Shown here piece after piece: positions 51,151 to 64,000 of a stretch of DNA of 64,000 nucleotides; position 1 is the stretch's first letter; every line of letters begins with the position of its first letter. A program made the position numbers and the translations under genes. This stretch comes from Phoronis australis (taxonomy: Eukaryota > Animalia > Phoronida). The DNA lies in assembly GCA_002633005.1 (NCBI GenBank), contig NMRA01000315.1, positions 34,855-98,854 of the forward strand, read 5' to 3'. Under the pieces are notes generated by a model that saw only the letters and a program-made list of their open reading frames with translations, was not told the DNA's origin and did no database searches.

Positions 51151-51550
51151 TCTACGACACGTCTTACTGAAAATTGCTCTTAAAACCCAGGGACAGATGT
51201 CTGAGGAAGGGGTTCATTGCGTGGTCAAGGAAGAAAGAAACAGCATTACGAGCTTTCATCACACATTTACATTAAGTCTAAGGCCTTTCGTATACATATA
51301 GATGCACCAATTCTTGCAAAAACATGGCGTAACAATGGGGTTTGAACTTGCAGTTTACGTGACCATAGGCGACAATGAAGCCGAACAGAATTACACAAAT
51401 TTATCTCATACAGCACTTCAGCAGGTCTCGAACAGCACACTTCGATTTTTAAAGACAATGTGCTTTTCTTTTTTGTTTTTACAAAAATCTGCGAGGCCTG
51501 TAAGCCTCGACTTCCCCAGTTCTCGAACCACGTGACCTTCAGCTACCACT

Positions 51551-51962
51551 ATAAGATGTGTTTGCATGCTCCTATGCTAGTGTATAGCAGAAAATAAACA
51601 ACAGTGTCATTTTAACGTAATATACGCTAAACAAAAAGCAATTGTATTCCTTGGCAACTTGTACGGTACCTGTGAAAACAAAACATTCTGCTAATAGGTG
51701 GCTTTTGCACTAATGACGTACCTCGCAGGCTCACATAGCCTGCAGCATGCAGTATTGTTCCCCAACACCACGTCACGATACTTACTAGAAACGGTTGAGT
51801 GATCATAGTTAACGGTGGATCATTTTCACCACAAAACTCGTTCCTAAAAACATTTGACCATTTTTAATCCGATTCACATCGTCGTTGTATGTTGAGTTTC
51901 TAACTTATGTGGCCAAGCAATCATCACATGGTTAAGGAATTTGCCTGCAAGTTCCATTTTAA
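51551..51962 (-). mobile_element. Dispersed ~410-bp repeat, copy 3 (inverted)
   Basis: Reverse complement of the same blocks (ATGACGTACC, CTCACATAGCCTGCA, GCAAGTTCCA). Confidence 0.7.
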
Positions 51963-54171
51963 GTAGCACTGTACAGATCTCATCCGGTTTCGCCTGACAG
52001 TGTAGACACCACCGTGGCTGTCTATCTGAGCAAGCTCGGTATTTCTGAAAATATCTAACTCATCTCGCACGAGAGTTCAGCTCTACATTTCATTCCAAAT
52101 GCTTATTCTAGAGAAGTTAACCCCTACGTGCTTCGGTTCCTCAGCTGTCTCTTTTTGTAATGTACATTCAGGGGCTTTCCATGCCAGTTTTGATCTGCAA
52201 CCATCGTCGGCCATTTTCACGGTACCTCCCAGCAACGAACAACGAAACAGGTGATAAGGTTGCCGCCACGATTTTAGCTAACTTTGGCGGGAAGTCTTTG
52301 TTTGCAATCGTCAAGTCGTGCAAAAAACTCTGTTTTGTTGTTTTATACTGTACATGTAGCTCCGGTCAGAGCTAACAAATGAGAGAATTTAATCCTACCC
52401 AACAGCAGCCGTGAAACCGGTTGTGCCCTTTTCAGTGTCAACAAGACCCATCCATTTATGATATAAAGAGCAGCTACGGGTCTTCCCTGGCTTCATTTCC
52501 GATGTTTTATTGATCAAAATTTGATGGGGCTTTTCATAAAACATCATCTCGTCCACATTCTGTTACACCCAAAGGGACTCGTGATGAATGCAAATTAATC
52601 GATAGGAAAGCTGCTCAAGATCAAGGGCGGAGGAATGTCATATGTCTTGTTCAGATTAAATCTTGCGTGAATGACTTCCGACTATTGTTATCACTCTGAT
52701 AATCAAATAGAGAAGCCTAATAGACCTCTGCAATGTGCGTAAGCAAAATTATTGCGTCTACGTGACCTCGCGCCTGTCGCTGAAGTAAGGGCTATTTCGT
52801 CGTCCACTAATTTTAACAAGAAAAGACGTAGCCATCTAAGTGTCTTTTATTTTACGTTAGATACGAACTGCGAAACATGGTGCACGTGGTTTTGTAAATC
52901 ATCTTCATTTCTCGCCTGCTTTGGCTAGAAAGTAGAGTGTTTTATCTAGTGCAGGCAGCTAGTTCTCAACCCATTGCAAAATAATATTATTTCTACATCT
53001 CTTATCAGCAAAACTGTTTTTTGATTAAAAAAGCAAAACATTGCGTTTGTCTCCCAATCACAATGACTTCGCTACTACTCCTTGGATATGCTTGGAGTCA
53101 CACGCTTGTGCTTTCTGGGTCAAGGACTGTTGTTTTAAGGCAGGTCATTCTTGTCCCTGGAAGCGACTTTCGTCGTTTCGGCACGAAATACCCGTTTAAA
53201 GTTGGGTTACCCTTTTGCAAGAGCTGTGAACTCCTACATGTATTTTGTCCAAGCTTCATAGCCTATGACATTGATATGTATGGAAACAGATCAACTTCCC
53301 AATCAATTCGAATTTATATTCTCCAAGAAACACAAGGGACTTCCCAATCTTGTTAATATGTCGCATTCGGAAGCGACATATAAGCCCAACTCTGACTTCG
53401 TACAGATCGTTATTTCAATTTATGCGTTGTCAATGGGCGATGTACGTGTCACTATAGTAAATAAACATCACACTATGCTATATGCCTTATCGATTTCCAA
53501 GTAGATATCTAAGTGACATTTTCAATTTTGATGGCAAATTTCAGAACGATATACTACACGTTCCTTGATATTTGCACATTGTTGAACTTTTATGAAGACA
53601 CATTGAAAACTGGAGTGACACTAGACTGACCCAAGTAAAGTAGTTTGTGACAATCACGACTTGTAGAACGCTCCAGGCTTTTTTCCTCGGCTGTCACCAT
53701 GTCGGGGGAGGGTCAACTTTATTTTCTTGTGTGGCTTGATACCAAAAAATCACCACATTGTAAGTTGCTCATTTTTTTGTAAAAACCTATTTTTATGCTC
53801 TCTTAGTATAACATTATTTAGCAAGAGATGGCGCTCTCTGTTGCCTCCTAAGCCAATCAAAGAATCGGAAATTGAGAAGGTCCATAAGGTCACGTTTTCT
53901 GTAGCTCAGCGAAGAATGCGTATTAAAAAAGAAGAGCAAGTAAAGACGGCAACGAGCACAGAAAAAGCATCCCAGGCAGCGCAAAGAATAAGGTATACAC
54001 CGGCAACACACAGAAAACAATTTATGAGACAATGGTGAATGGGCGCCAGATTGACTCAGGAGTTACCTATTTTGTGTGAAACCGATTGGGTATCAGGTGG
54101 CTTATTAGTTGGAGTTGTATTGCTTATAAAGTCTATTTTTGAATTGTATTTTGTGATGTAAATATTTCAAC

Positions 54172-54308
54172 GTGTGTGTGTGTGTTTGTGTGCGCGCACG
54201 CGCGCGTGTGTGTGCATATGTGCATGTATTAGGATATGTACATACTGTATATGTATGACTATCTGCATGGCAAACACACAAGCAGGCACGCACGCACGCA
54301 GGTACGTA

Positions 54309-54355
<47 letters not shown>

Positions 54356-54362
54356 TCACACA
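54172..54362 (+). repeat. (GT)n and (GCAC)n/(CA)n microsatellites
   Basis: Simple repeats arranged roughly as inverted partners. Confidence 0.9.
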
Positions 54363-54696
54363 TTGTTTTTCAGACTCCGCACACGTTTGATTTACTTACC
54401 GTAATGGAAAGTCTACACACAATGTCATCATTATCATTAATCGTATTTCAATCCGTTCCATACATTGTTAGATTTTTTATCAACTTTTGAAGTAGGTTCC
54501 GTTTTGGAGCACTTCCAGAAATGAAGATTTAATGCTTTCTGAGAATTCTTGTTGACCGTAATATAGTTCTAAAGAATGATACATATGGTAAAATGTTGTT
54601 ACCACAACTAGTAAACATCTGCTGTAGAATACAAAATAGACAAATTTATAAAATGTTTTCATTAACTTAACTTCAGTTTTGAGAAAAAACATCCAT

Positions 54697-55025
54697 GTAG
54701 TCCGTCAGTCAGCCAGTCACCATCACGAGCCGTCATATAGTCCGTCAGTCAGCCAGTCACCATTACAGGCATCCAAGTAGTCCGTGAGGCAGCCAATCAC
54801 CATCACGGGTCGCCATTTAGTCTCTCAATCAGACAATCACCATCACGGGACACAATATAGTCCGTTAAGCAGCCAGTCATTATCACGGGCATCCATGAAG
54901 TCCGTCAGTCAGCTACTCACCATCACGGGCCGCCACACAGTTCGTCAGTTAGCCAGTCACCATCACGGGCCGCCATGCAGTCTACCAGTCAGTCATTGAC
55001 CATCACGGGCAGGCGTGTAGTCAAT
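54697..55025 (+). repeat. ~40-bp minisatellite, ~8 copies
   Basis: Unit approximately TAGTCCGTCAGTCAGCCAGTCACCATCACGGGCCGCCATA. Confidence 0.9.
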
Positions 55026-57069
55026 CAAAAATGTCATTACCTTCACACAAAAGTAACACACAGAAAAAAGAGATCACTGGAACAGATATCTCTTACCTTA
55101 AAAACGGAAGTTGCTGAACCCAAAACACGAGTCACAAAAACATGATTGGAAGGACTCACTGGTAATTTTGTCTCTTTCATTAAAATTGTAAGGATTATAA
55201 TTATACACTTCAGCCATATATTTTCTACACGAACAAACCTTAACAAAACCAGACAAACATCTAAAAGATTCCCACACCGGTCATGTTTCACGTGCTGCAC
55301 GTACACTGTACTCTAACAGCTAGGAGAAATTTCACCAATTTAGTACAAAATACGAAGCTGGGACAGGTGAAATTTCATTTCATCATTTCTCCGTGAAATG
55401 CATGTAGCACCCAATCAATGCTTTTTATGTTCAAACTCCGTAGCTACCAGCAGACAATATTTTGATAACTTATGGGGATTGAAAAAAATAATGGAATCAT
55501 TTGAAAACTGAAAAAGGCAACTTTGGCAATTATTTTTTGTGCGGAATTAACGACATGTTACCGTGTTTTCTTCTTACGTGATACCTTTTTGTTTTCAGTC
55601 AATGTCTTTTGTACAATAACTGATAATCGATAATCTTGTGGTGACCAGCCTGTCTGCGGTTTTTCTTGAGTTGTTTGCTGCATGAGTATTCAAAAAAAAA
55701 AAAAACGAGCGAAGCTCAACGAAAGTGCCGTTCTTGTCTCAAAGCCTTAGCATTTTACGGATGAAATACTCCAACGAACATTGAACGCTTTGGGATATGA
55801 CTATTCTGCTACAAACTAGCAAAATCGACAAGTCAGACTTTCTGCAGATTGGCACTGTAATTGGGGAACATTACTTTACAGCAATGTAGTAAGAGTACAT
55901 TACATGTATGTCAAGATAAGAAATCTGAGAAAAGCAACAAATGAAAAATCACAATAGATTTTATGTATACATGTACTTCGTCAAGCGTTTTAATTGCACT
56001 GCAGCCGCTAATGAGCCTATGTACATGTACTTGCAGAAAATGTTCCGCTTAAATGGTTTCCAAACTCTGTTCTGCAGCGAACCCTGTCTATTCTCAGACA
56101 ACATCACATTTTTATTCATTGTAAAGATAACAGTTAACTGAACCAAAACATAGCTTTATGTCAATACAAAAGTTTATTAATTGTATTTTTATCTGATTAT
56201 AAGCTGATATCTACATGTATACCATGTTCCGAGTTCAATGACATGGTAAGACTACCTAATATGGAGCGCCTTTTCAAAGTTGGTGGAAACTCCCTCTTAC
56301 CATAGGCGCACACCACCCTTAAGGATATCTCAAACCTTTCTCACGAAAATTGGCCGTTTTTACAATATTTCACATATGTCTAGCAAAATGCCTTTTATTC
56401 ATTCTCGGGGAACTTGTAATACGAAATATATACCGTGAAGCGAGAAAAAAGATTTAGCAGAACCACGTAATTGGAAATTTGTTTACTACTTGTAAGAGGT
56501 GAAAGGTTACGGCTTTTACTAGAATCGAATCTCTCGGCGCCAGACATAGTGGAGCTTCGTATGTATCCTTTCATTCACCGAGTTTCCATAATATTGTATC
56601 TTTGAGGCGTACATACATGTGTGATATGAATATGCCGGGGAAAACGACAGAACAGATCTTGAGGTAGTTGTTTGTCTGCATGCATACTACCGTTGAGAAC
56701 GAATGCTCCGAGTCGCCGCACGCCTCCGTGACTTTGTATTTACGAACATAACAAGTTTTAAAAAGAGATTAATCCTCAATCAAATTCATAAATTTGATAG
56801 GTAATTTGACATTTTGCTGTTTCGAACTCTTGCCGACCCGATTTCTGTTGTCCACTTGGTTTCATAACAGTCTTCCGCGAATGGTGTGTTTTCCAATGAA
56901 CTGTTGACTTACATTAAAGAAAGTCAACGGTTTGTCTCGTCCTAGGCTGGAGACGGTCACAAAATTAAAAGATTTTAGTGATGATTAAATTAATTACGCA
57001 CTGCAAATTCAGTTGACATTGTGAGCGAATGATGAATGGCAAACGTATACATTGTTGTAGGTATAGGTA

Positions 57070-57530
57070 TAGGTCATATTCACCGACAACAAGTTTTCAC
57101 CTAATAATTAACCAAAGACCTTGAGATTTTCACGTCTCCCAACTTACAGGTGTAATCATTTTTTTCTTGTGTTCGGCAAATCGCCTTAATTTGAAGTTAG
57201 GAACAGGAGTTCTCGAAAACGGCTTGGTGAATTTCGCTGAAACTTTCCAAACGTATATACTCACCAATCTCAAATACTTCATGAGTTTTTTTATAAAAGT
57301 CCTAGTTTTTGCGTAAAGTAACAAAGGCGAATAGGACTGCTCTTTTTTCCAAAAAATTTATGTTTTGCATGTTGAGTTGTTATTGAAACCAAACTAATTA
57401 AAGACTGATCGAAAATTTCTAACGGTATTTTTGAGGTTACTAGTGAAGTTTTCATTCAATTTTTTTCATTCAAATCAACGGAGAGGTTATTTTGTTTTAA
57501 ATATACCTTTCTTAAACATGAAAATTTGAC
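57070..57530 (+). mobile_element. Dispersed repeat, similar to 39110-39500
   Basis: Same shared blocks in the same order. Confidence 0.7.
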
Positions 57531-58861
57531 TTACAGTGGGAGTTCAGGACCGGTGTTAAAAGATTTCGGGGCGTGGTCAAAGTTGAGGTTTGCACCCCCG
57601 GTTAGTGTCAACGTATTTAGACAACTTGTTCGCATTAGTGACACAGTCGCCAAGTGCTCAGAATACTTGCCAGTGCCTGTAGAAGAACCAATTGGCATCC
57701 AGGTGTCAGTTTCGGAAAAACGTGCGACCACGCAAGACTTCCGGCGATGTGATCATGCATTACAAGAGAAGCACGTGACCACACGAGCCGGCGCAAATTG
57801 CTGCGCCTACACGGAAAGGCATTTCAGGTTAAAACAATCAGATGAATGAAAAAGTCATACCTGCACTTGAAAACAACCGGGCATTAAACGCAAGAATCTT
57901 GCAACTAAAGCCAGTGCTTTTCATGTGTGGTGAAGTCTCGCGAAGCCTTGCGTGCTCTACGTTTTTCCAAGTGCATTACGGTTACGGACAAAATTTCGCT
58001 ACATATTTGTTTTGGCCTGTCGTAATTGCCACCGCATTGTTGTATCGAATGTCAAGTCAACTCCCACTCTATAAGACGTACATGTATATTATCGTGTGGC
58101 CACAATACGCTACCGTATTGATGAAATGTTAACCCGAGACTTCCGGCGAGCACTGAGAATTTCTTATACACTGCAGGAGTCAAGAGTGATCCACAGACGC
58201 GCTCATCATGAGATGAGTCTAAAGGCGATCTGTAATTTAACGGTGCGTACACTGAACATCACCCGCTCGGCTAGTTGTTAATAATACCATCAACATTTTC
58301 AAATGTCAACACTCGGGGCGAAGTATTTTCTGAGACTGAAGATGGACAGACAGACTGACTGACACACAGGGAGGATGGCCAGCGCACATGATGCGATGTT
58401 TTTGTCGTGAAACTTAGATATTTTTATCCGCGACAAATTATGGTGCCATTGAACCAGCACACATAATACAATTTTTGTTGTGCTTCATCGGAAACGATAC
58501 GCTTTTTTGTCTGCGACAATCGCATCGTGTGTGCTGCTCTTATGTGGGCTAATTCAGTACTACAGCTAGGTCGGACTGCCCCTATTTAAGGATTTCATTT
58601 ATCGGGCTGACTAAGAATTCCTATGGACTAAGTCAAATACTAACTCTATAATGCTAGACCGTACTCGTGATTATATGGCAACGGAAAACCTGAAGGTGTG
58701 TTGTTGTCTTCAGAATCAACAAATTCAATGGTTTTGCTTGTCTGCTTAGCAATTTGAGTAAAATATAAGGGTGAATTTTACCCTTTTGATTAAACTTTAC
58801 TCTAATTTTTAAAAAATTATTTTCAGGTGAAATTCTGACCAACACTGCATTGGAGTTTCTT

Positions 58862-60553
58862 ATGAATAAGATGGATGAAGGACCTTTGAAGCTGAACATA
58901 GACGTGGACTTCAAATTCATTGCTGTTTCCCTAATTTTGGGATTACTTATTGTATTTGTGGTGTGTGGGAATTGCCTAGTGATCGCTGCAGTGTTTACGT
59001 CGCCAAAGTTGCGTTCAGTTACCAATTTATTCATAGTTTCCTTGGCAACGTCCGACTTGTTGTTGGGCTTACTGGTACTGCCATCTAGTGGGACTGTTGA
59101 AATACTACCGTACTGGGTGTTCGGCGACGTTTGGTGCAGCATGTGGCTAGCGATCGACGTCTGGATGTGCACGTCACAGATCTTGAACTTGTGTGCGATA
59201 AGTTTCGACAGATGGATAGCTATCCAGTATCCAATGAAATATGCTACACTGATGTCTCCGAGGCGCGGCAAATTACTAATCGCGTGTTGTTGGATTATAG
59301 CCTTCATCGTCTGCTTCCCGCCGTTAATCGGATGGAATGAAAAAGGACAAAGCGTAGGTGACATTCATAATTATTATCTGACGACACAGTCGTTACGTGA
59401 TGATTATGAAATTGATTTTGATTATTCAATTTTGTCTTTTGCAAACACATCATTCGAGAGTTCTGTACAAATCAACAATGACAGTCTATCAAGAGAACGT
59501 GCCAAGCGAAACGCTTCACTACCAAAATGTGGATTGACATCAGCCCCTGGATATATTGTGTATTCTGCTCTCGGATCATTTTTCCTGCCTTGTTGTGTAA
59601 TGTTATTTTTCTATTTCAAAATATATCGCGCAGCAAAGAAATTCACAGAAAGTTTGCGTCGCGGAGTACGGCAGAGCAAAGGATTCAATCACGCAGCAAA
59701 AACTAATGGCGAAGATAACAACGTCATTATGCGCGTGCACCGCGGAGGTGGAGCATTACGGAAGTGTAAAACGCTTGACAATAGGCCCAAATCAGGAAGT
59801 TGGTTAGAGGATGACGCTTTGCAACGTAGTCAATCACTGCGACGAGAAAGGGCACCAGATAGACCTTTGTCATTGTTATTCTTACGCGGACAGTTGGACA
59901 GGGGTTACGAGATAAAAACAGTGTCACCGTCCGCTTCAACGTCTTCGACCGTAAGTCTACCGTGTAGTCCAAAATTATTACATTGCAGAAAGCACTTTTC
60001 AGTGTTAGACAGGAGAGCGAAAATCACGAAGCAACGGCTAGGCGAAAAGGAATCTTTGCGTGGTTCAAGGGAAATTAGCTCTCTTGTATCAGAAACCAGT
60101 GGATCAGACCGAAATATTTCCCGTTCAAAGCGAATGACGTCGCCCAAACAGATGATCTTTTCTTTCATTTCCAAGCACGGAACTCACCATGACAAACCAC
60201 TTGTACGGAGACATAAGCGTGAGACAAAAGCAGCTAAAACTGTTGCTATCATTATCGGCGCCTTCATCTTCTGTTGGGCGCCATTTTTTACCTATTATCT
60301 AATCACTGGATTATGTAAGGAATGCGCAGGACCAGACGAAGTGTTTAAGGTGATATTTTGGTTGGGTTATTGCAACTCAGCTGTTAACCCGTGCATTTAT
60401 GCACTATTTGCCCGAGATTTCAGGCATGCATTTAAAAAACTGATTCGTTGCAAGCTCCGGAGTGATGGATGTTGTAAAAATGTCAGACTGGGTTCTTATA
60501 TTGCAAGTTTACGATTGAGAACGGACTCTGATCAGGAACGGAATTCTAACTAA
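58862..60553 (+). CDS. Class A aminergic GPCR, alpha-type octopamine receptor (OAMB/OA1-like); possibly extended by an upstream exon
   Basis: Seven TMs: GNCLVIAAV, SLATSDLL, WLAIDVWMCT (D3.32), DRW, GYIVYSALGSFFLP (S5.42/S5.46), RETKAAKT, CWAPFFTYY, FWLGYCNSAVNPCIYALF. Long ECL2 and ICL3. Acceptor TTTTCAG ends at 58826 and the frame is open from there. Confidence 0.9.
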   Translation: MNKMDEGPLKLNIDVDFKFIAVSLILGLLIVFVVCGNCLVIAAVFTSPKLRSVTNLFIVSLATSDLLLGLLVLPSSGTVEILPYWVFGDVWCSMWLAIDVWMCTSQILNLCAISFDRWIAIQYPMKYATLMSPRRGKLLIACCWIIAFIVCFPPLIGWNEKGQSVGDIHNYYLTTQSLRDDYEIDFDYSILSFANTSFESSVQINNDSLSRERAKRNASLPKCGLTSAPGYIVYSALGSFFLPCCVMLFFYFKIYRAAKKFTESLRRGVRQSKGFNHAAKTNGEDNNVIMRVHRGGGALRKCKTLDNRPKSGSWLEDDALQRSQSLRRERAPDRPLSLLFLRGQLDRGYEIKTVSPSASTSSTVSLPCSPKLLHCRKHFSVLDRRAKITKQRLGEKESLRGSREISSLVSETSGSDRNISRSKRMTSPKQMIFSFISKHGTHHDKPLVRRHKRETKAAKTVAIIIGAFIFCWAPFFTYYLITGLCKECAGPDEVFKVIFWLGYCNSAVNPCIYALFARDFRHAFKKLIRCKLRSDGCCKNVRLGSYIASLRLRTDSDQERNSN

Positions 60554-61899
60554 GCATACGGTGAAATTGTACTACAATGAACGTTTATTTTTTGACGTTT
60601 TGTATTTAAGGCATGACACTGCCATATTGTCTAACAAAAATATTGCTGATTATCGAGAAATACAAAAATTTAAATTAATCATGTTGAGCGTGCAATACTG
60701 TTGATGTGTGCTTGCGTGTGCGTGTGTTAGTAAGTACATGTATGAGTGTATGTGTCCCTATATGCATGTATTTGTGTATTTATGTGTACATACTAAGACT
60801 TTATTCACAGGATCACTTTCAAAAAGCTGTCGGAAACAACAATCAGTATTCAAACATTACGATTATTTGCTTATTTAGTAATATCGTCATTTTGACTTTT
60901 TTCACACAGCCAAATAAAATTAAAATTCTAAAATTAAAATAAAATAATGATAAGGTCAGATTTATGCAGCGTTGTGAATTACTAGAAACGTGAAAAATCA
61001 TTACCTGGTCACGGAACTGGTCAATCCTAATCCTTATCAACGCCCCGATAAATCCAAACGTATTAACTAGTAAAACATTCAACGTGCTGTATTGGCCTCG
61101 AGGCAATTCGAATTGGAAAAAGTCCAAGACCACCACAATTTTCGAAAATTTGATGTGACTATGCATTTCTATTTCTATTTCTATTTGTGAGCCCAAATCA
61201 CGTCATATTTGTAGTACATGGACTGCCGACTCCGTATATTTCAATGTACGAAATCTGTGACGTCACTATTCACTAACGACACCTGGCAAAATTAGCAAGT
61301 TTTACTTCCGGCAAGTGCGTCGTCTGCTAATCATGGTCGACAGTTGCGTGATTGGGTACCAAAAGTACTCACGATACAAACAGTTCTATTATTGGAAGAC
61401 TGAACAGCGTTTCAATGCCAAATTTTTTTTCGTTCTACTGGACAATAAAACAGATGCGAGAATTCCCCGTCACAATACACTAACCGGAAACTTGAAATTT
61501 GTAATTTAGTAGAGTGGCGCACCTTCTAGGATAGTACCCAAGAAAATGTCGGAGTTGCGAATCTTTTGTCTATAATCTACACATCCGAAGAGGTCCGAAT
61601 TTTTTAACCCGTGCGTAAATATGTCCCAAGCGCAAGTACACATCCGGGTGTAAATATTTTTTGCATGACGTTCGTGTGGGGAAAAAGAGATATTTACGCT
61701 AAGCGGTTGCACATTTCAAATTAAAGAATCGGCTCAAGCAAACTGTGATGGGAAAGAGACTATTGTTCTAGTACAATTGCCTTCGAAGTGGGTTCCTCCA
61801 GAGCCTGAGTATCCTCCACAAGATTACTCTTGAGATCCGCAAACATCGAGTAAGGTTTACTAAACACGATTGGTGGAAAAACAACTAATGAAAAAATGT

Positions 61900-62800
61900 T
61901 TCGAAGACAACGAATGGTACGCCTGAAAATTACTTGTCAAATGGAACAGTCCACTTTCTTTGTCAAGAAAAACTCGAACGTGTTATAAAATGAATACAGT
62001 CCACCTGTCAGAAAACCCTTCAAGCCAGGTTATAAGATAGAAATAAATGGATTCAGGACTGCAGGTAAGCTTTCGGGAGTTGCGAATACAGAAGTTTTCT
62101 TATTCACAAAATCAGTTTAGGTCGGTAGCAGCCCTTAATTGACACAAACTTGGTTAAAGGCAGACTTTACTTTTTGTTAGACAACTTTGTATAGAGACTA
62201 CAAGCGAGTACATATTAAGATGTCTAAGTACAGTGTGTCTTCAACCAGGCACAAAATGCAAATGTGAAAATTTCACTGTTACTTGACACTATGCATCCAC
62301 AGGATGATAATATGAATAATAAAGTTGGGATTTCCCGATATTGCACATGGCTCAGGATACCCAGTATACTGTTCACGATCTTTGTTTAAACAAGAAACTG
62401 TTCTCGTATTCGATTAATCTTTATTAAGCGTGTGTTTACTGATACTGATTACAAAATTCTTTACTGATGTAAACGCAAGATGGCTTGGCAGCGTTCATGA
62501 CGCACTGGCTTTAGGAAACTCAGCGTTCAGAAATAGAGTAGATTTTTTTGCTGAGATAAACTAAGAATATCTGTTGCACCAACAAAACCGTGAAATAAAT
62601 AAGCCGAAAAGTTCCACTCAGTTTTCACCAGGATGTCAAGAAAAACACTCCCAAAGTACACATGAAGACTGAGTGTCGGATTCTTATGGACTTTTGAAAA
62701 GGAAATGATGTTGCGGTCTGAAGAGACGAAGTCACAGAAATAGTTTTGTATGAACTTCTGATCGAGCAATTCTTCATTACACGAGTGTACAGATTTAAAG
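61900..62800 (+). mobile_element. Decayed PIF/Harbinger (DDE_Tnp_4) transposase
   Basis: From 62460 it reads FTDVNARWLGSVHDALALGNS (family motif ARWPGSVHDA). Flanking frameshifted pieces GFPDI, YSINL and YGLLKRK*. Boundaries approximate. Confidence 0.75.
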
Positions 62801-63334
62801 ACCTCATATCAAGTGATTGTTCGGGTTCAAACACCCGAAAGTATATACCAAAATAAATAATATGTTAAACGGTACTCTATTTTCTCTGTTCTGTTACCAA
62901 ACTTCATCCCTTTTTGAAAACACTTTGGTACCGCGTCCGAAATTGTCTACTATTCTCTTCCAATTCCGTGACCTGAAATCCGTTTCGTGAAAGTGACTTA
63001 AGTTTTAAGACAGAAAGTAAGTCTAACGGTCCCACTCCACAATTGCTTAATGAGGGTTTAGCCAAGTAATTATGAGCCAGTAAGTCTAGCAAAAATTCAT
63101 AAAAATAACTCAGTAACTAGCAGTTGTGTATATGTTCTCAGAGACTGCACTCTGATGAAGTGTCAGAATTAATTAGTTTCCAATAATAATTATGTGGAGC
63201 GTAAGAGCAAATTTCTATCTGAAGACTTTTCATAAAACAGACCACTGCGCTCCCTATGGATCAAGTCGGGAACAGTTCAGTTTGACATTACTGGCCACAG
63301 AAACGCTCATGATCTCGTGTTCTCTTTCCCAGGG

Positions 63335-63616
63335 CCCGGTCTCCAATCTCCGTACTCAGACTCGAATCATGCTCAATGTCACACTTCATACTCGACTGGA
63401 GTACAGACTCAGCTTTGGTGTATTCAATGTCATACTTGAAAAATCTGTACTCGAAAATTCGAGCACGTACTCAGTTTTCGAGTGTACTCGAACTGAAGTG
63501 TATCTCATCTATATTTCGAGTACGATTTTGAGTAAAAATTCCGAGTCTATGCTCAAATTTCAAGTTTGGTACGGCAGTGTGCTTGAAATCGTACTCGAAA
63601 ATAAATACGGGAACCA
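63335..63616. repeat. GTACTCGA/TCGAGTAC-rich element (MITE-like)
   Basis: Multiple direct and inverted (G)TACTCGA motifs. Confidence 0.5.
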
Positions 63617-64000
63617 AGAAACACAGCAAATCTAAAAAAAATATGTCCTCTTACCGTATCTCAGCACTTCAATTTCAGTTCAGTGATAATAGTTTTCATC
63701 TTAAATCTTCTTATTCTTCACCTTATTAACCCGCCGTATCACTGTATGTTATGGCCGCCATTCTACCTCTATAATTCCTGGCAACAGGCGCATTGTAATC
63801 CCTTGCCGGCGAGTCATAACAAGCGTCGAAAGCAGTTGTGGGAAAAGTCGTGTGAGAAGTTTGCGCTGCGCTTATTTCGGTATGTGTGCCTACGTTTTGT
63901 AGGGTTTCCAAAAGACGAGGAGGGGAGGGAAGTTAAAAACAGTTCGCTTCCCTGTCAGGTACATTTCTCATCATAACTTAGTCATCTATAATTCCTCAAT

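Noticed and set aside
53727-54038. 103-aa ORF with a K/E-rich stretch
   Set aside because: Non-ATG start, no recognisable family and no supporting neighbouring exons.
54697-55025. 40-bp array as CRISPR or as coding sequence (ORF 54784-54999)
   Set aside because: It is a degenerate minisatellite without spacers, and the ORF is a by-product of the repeat.
58654-59364. 236-aa minus-strand ORF
   Set aside because: Antisense shadow of the GPCR coding exon with no recognisable domain.

Overview
Eukaryotic, AT-rich, intron-containing DNA, probably from a marine invertebrate bilaterian (taxon inferred, not established). From ~3.0 to 16 kb is a compact housekeeping cluster. It holds a 12-exon NELF-A (WHSC2) gene on the minus strand, reconstructed by hand to 490 aa. 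About 310 bp away, head-to-head, lies an 85-aa PIGBOS1-like single-TM microprotein ORF, and ~1 kb further on the same strand is a Gemin7 exon. PIGBOS1-like and Gemin7 may be two products of one transcription unit. I recognised no host protein-coding gene between ~16 and 58.8 kb. That region carries MITEs and other non-autonomous DNA transposons (several with exact 5-bp TSDs), tRNA-derived SINE heads, decayed Penelope-RT and Gypsy-integrase fragments, and tandem repeats. At 58.8-60.55 kb is a single large coding exon for an alpha-type octopamine-receptor-like GPCR with atypical residues (S3.39Q, DRW, an RAKR site in a long ECL2), followed by a decayed PIF/Harbinger transposase. Family assignments come from recalled motif similarity, not database searches.
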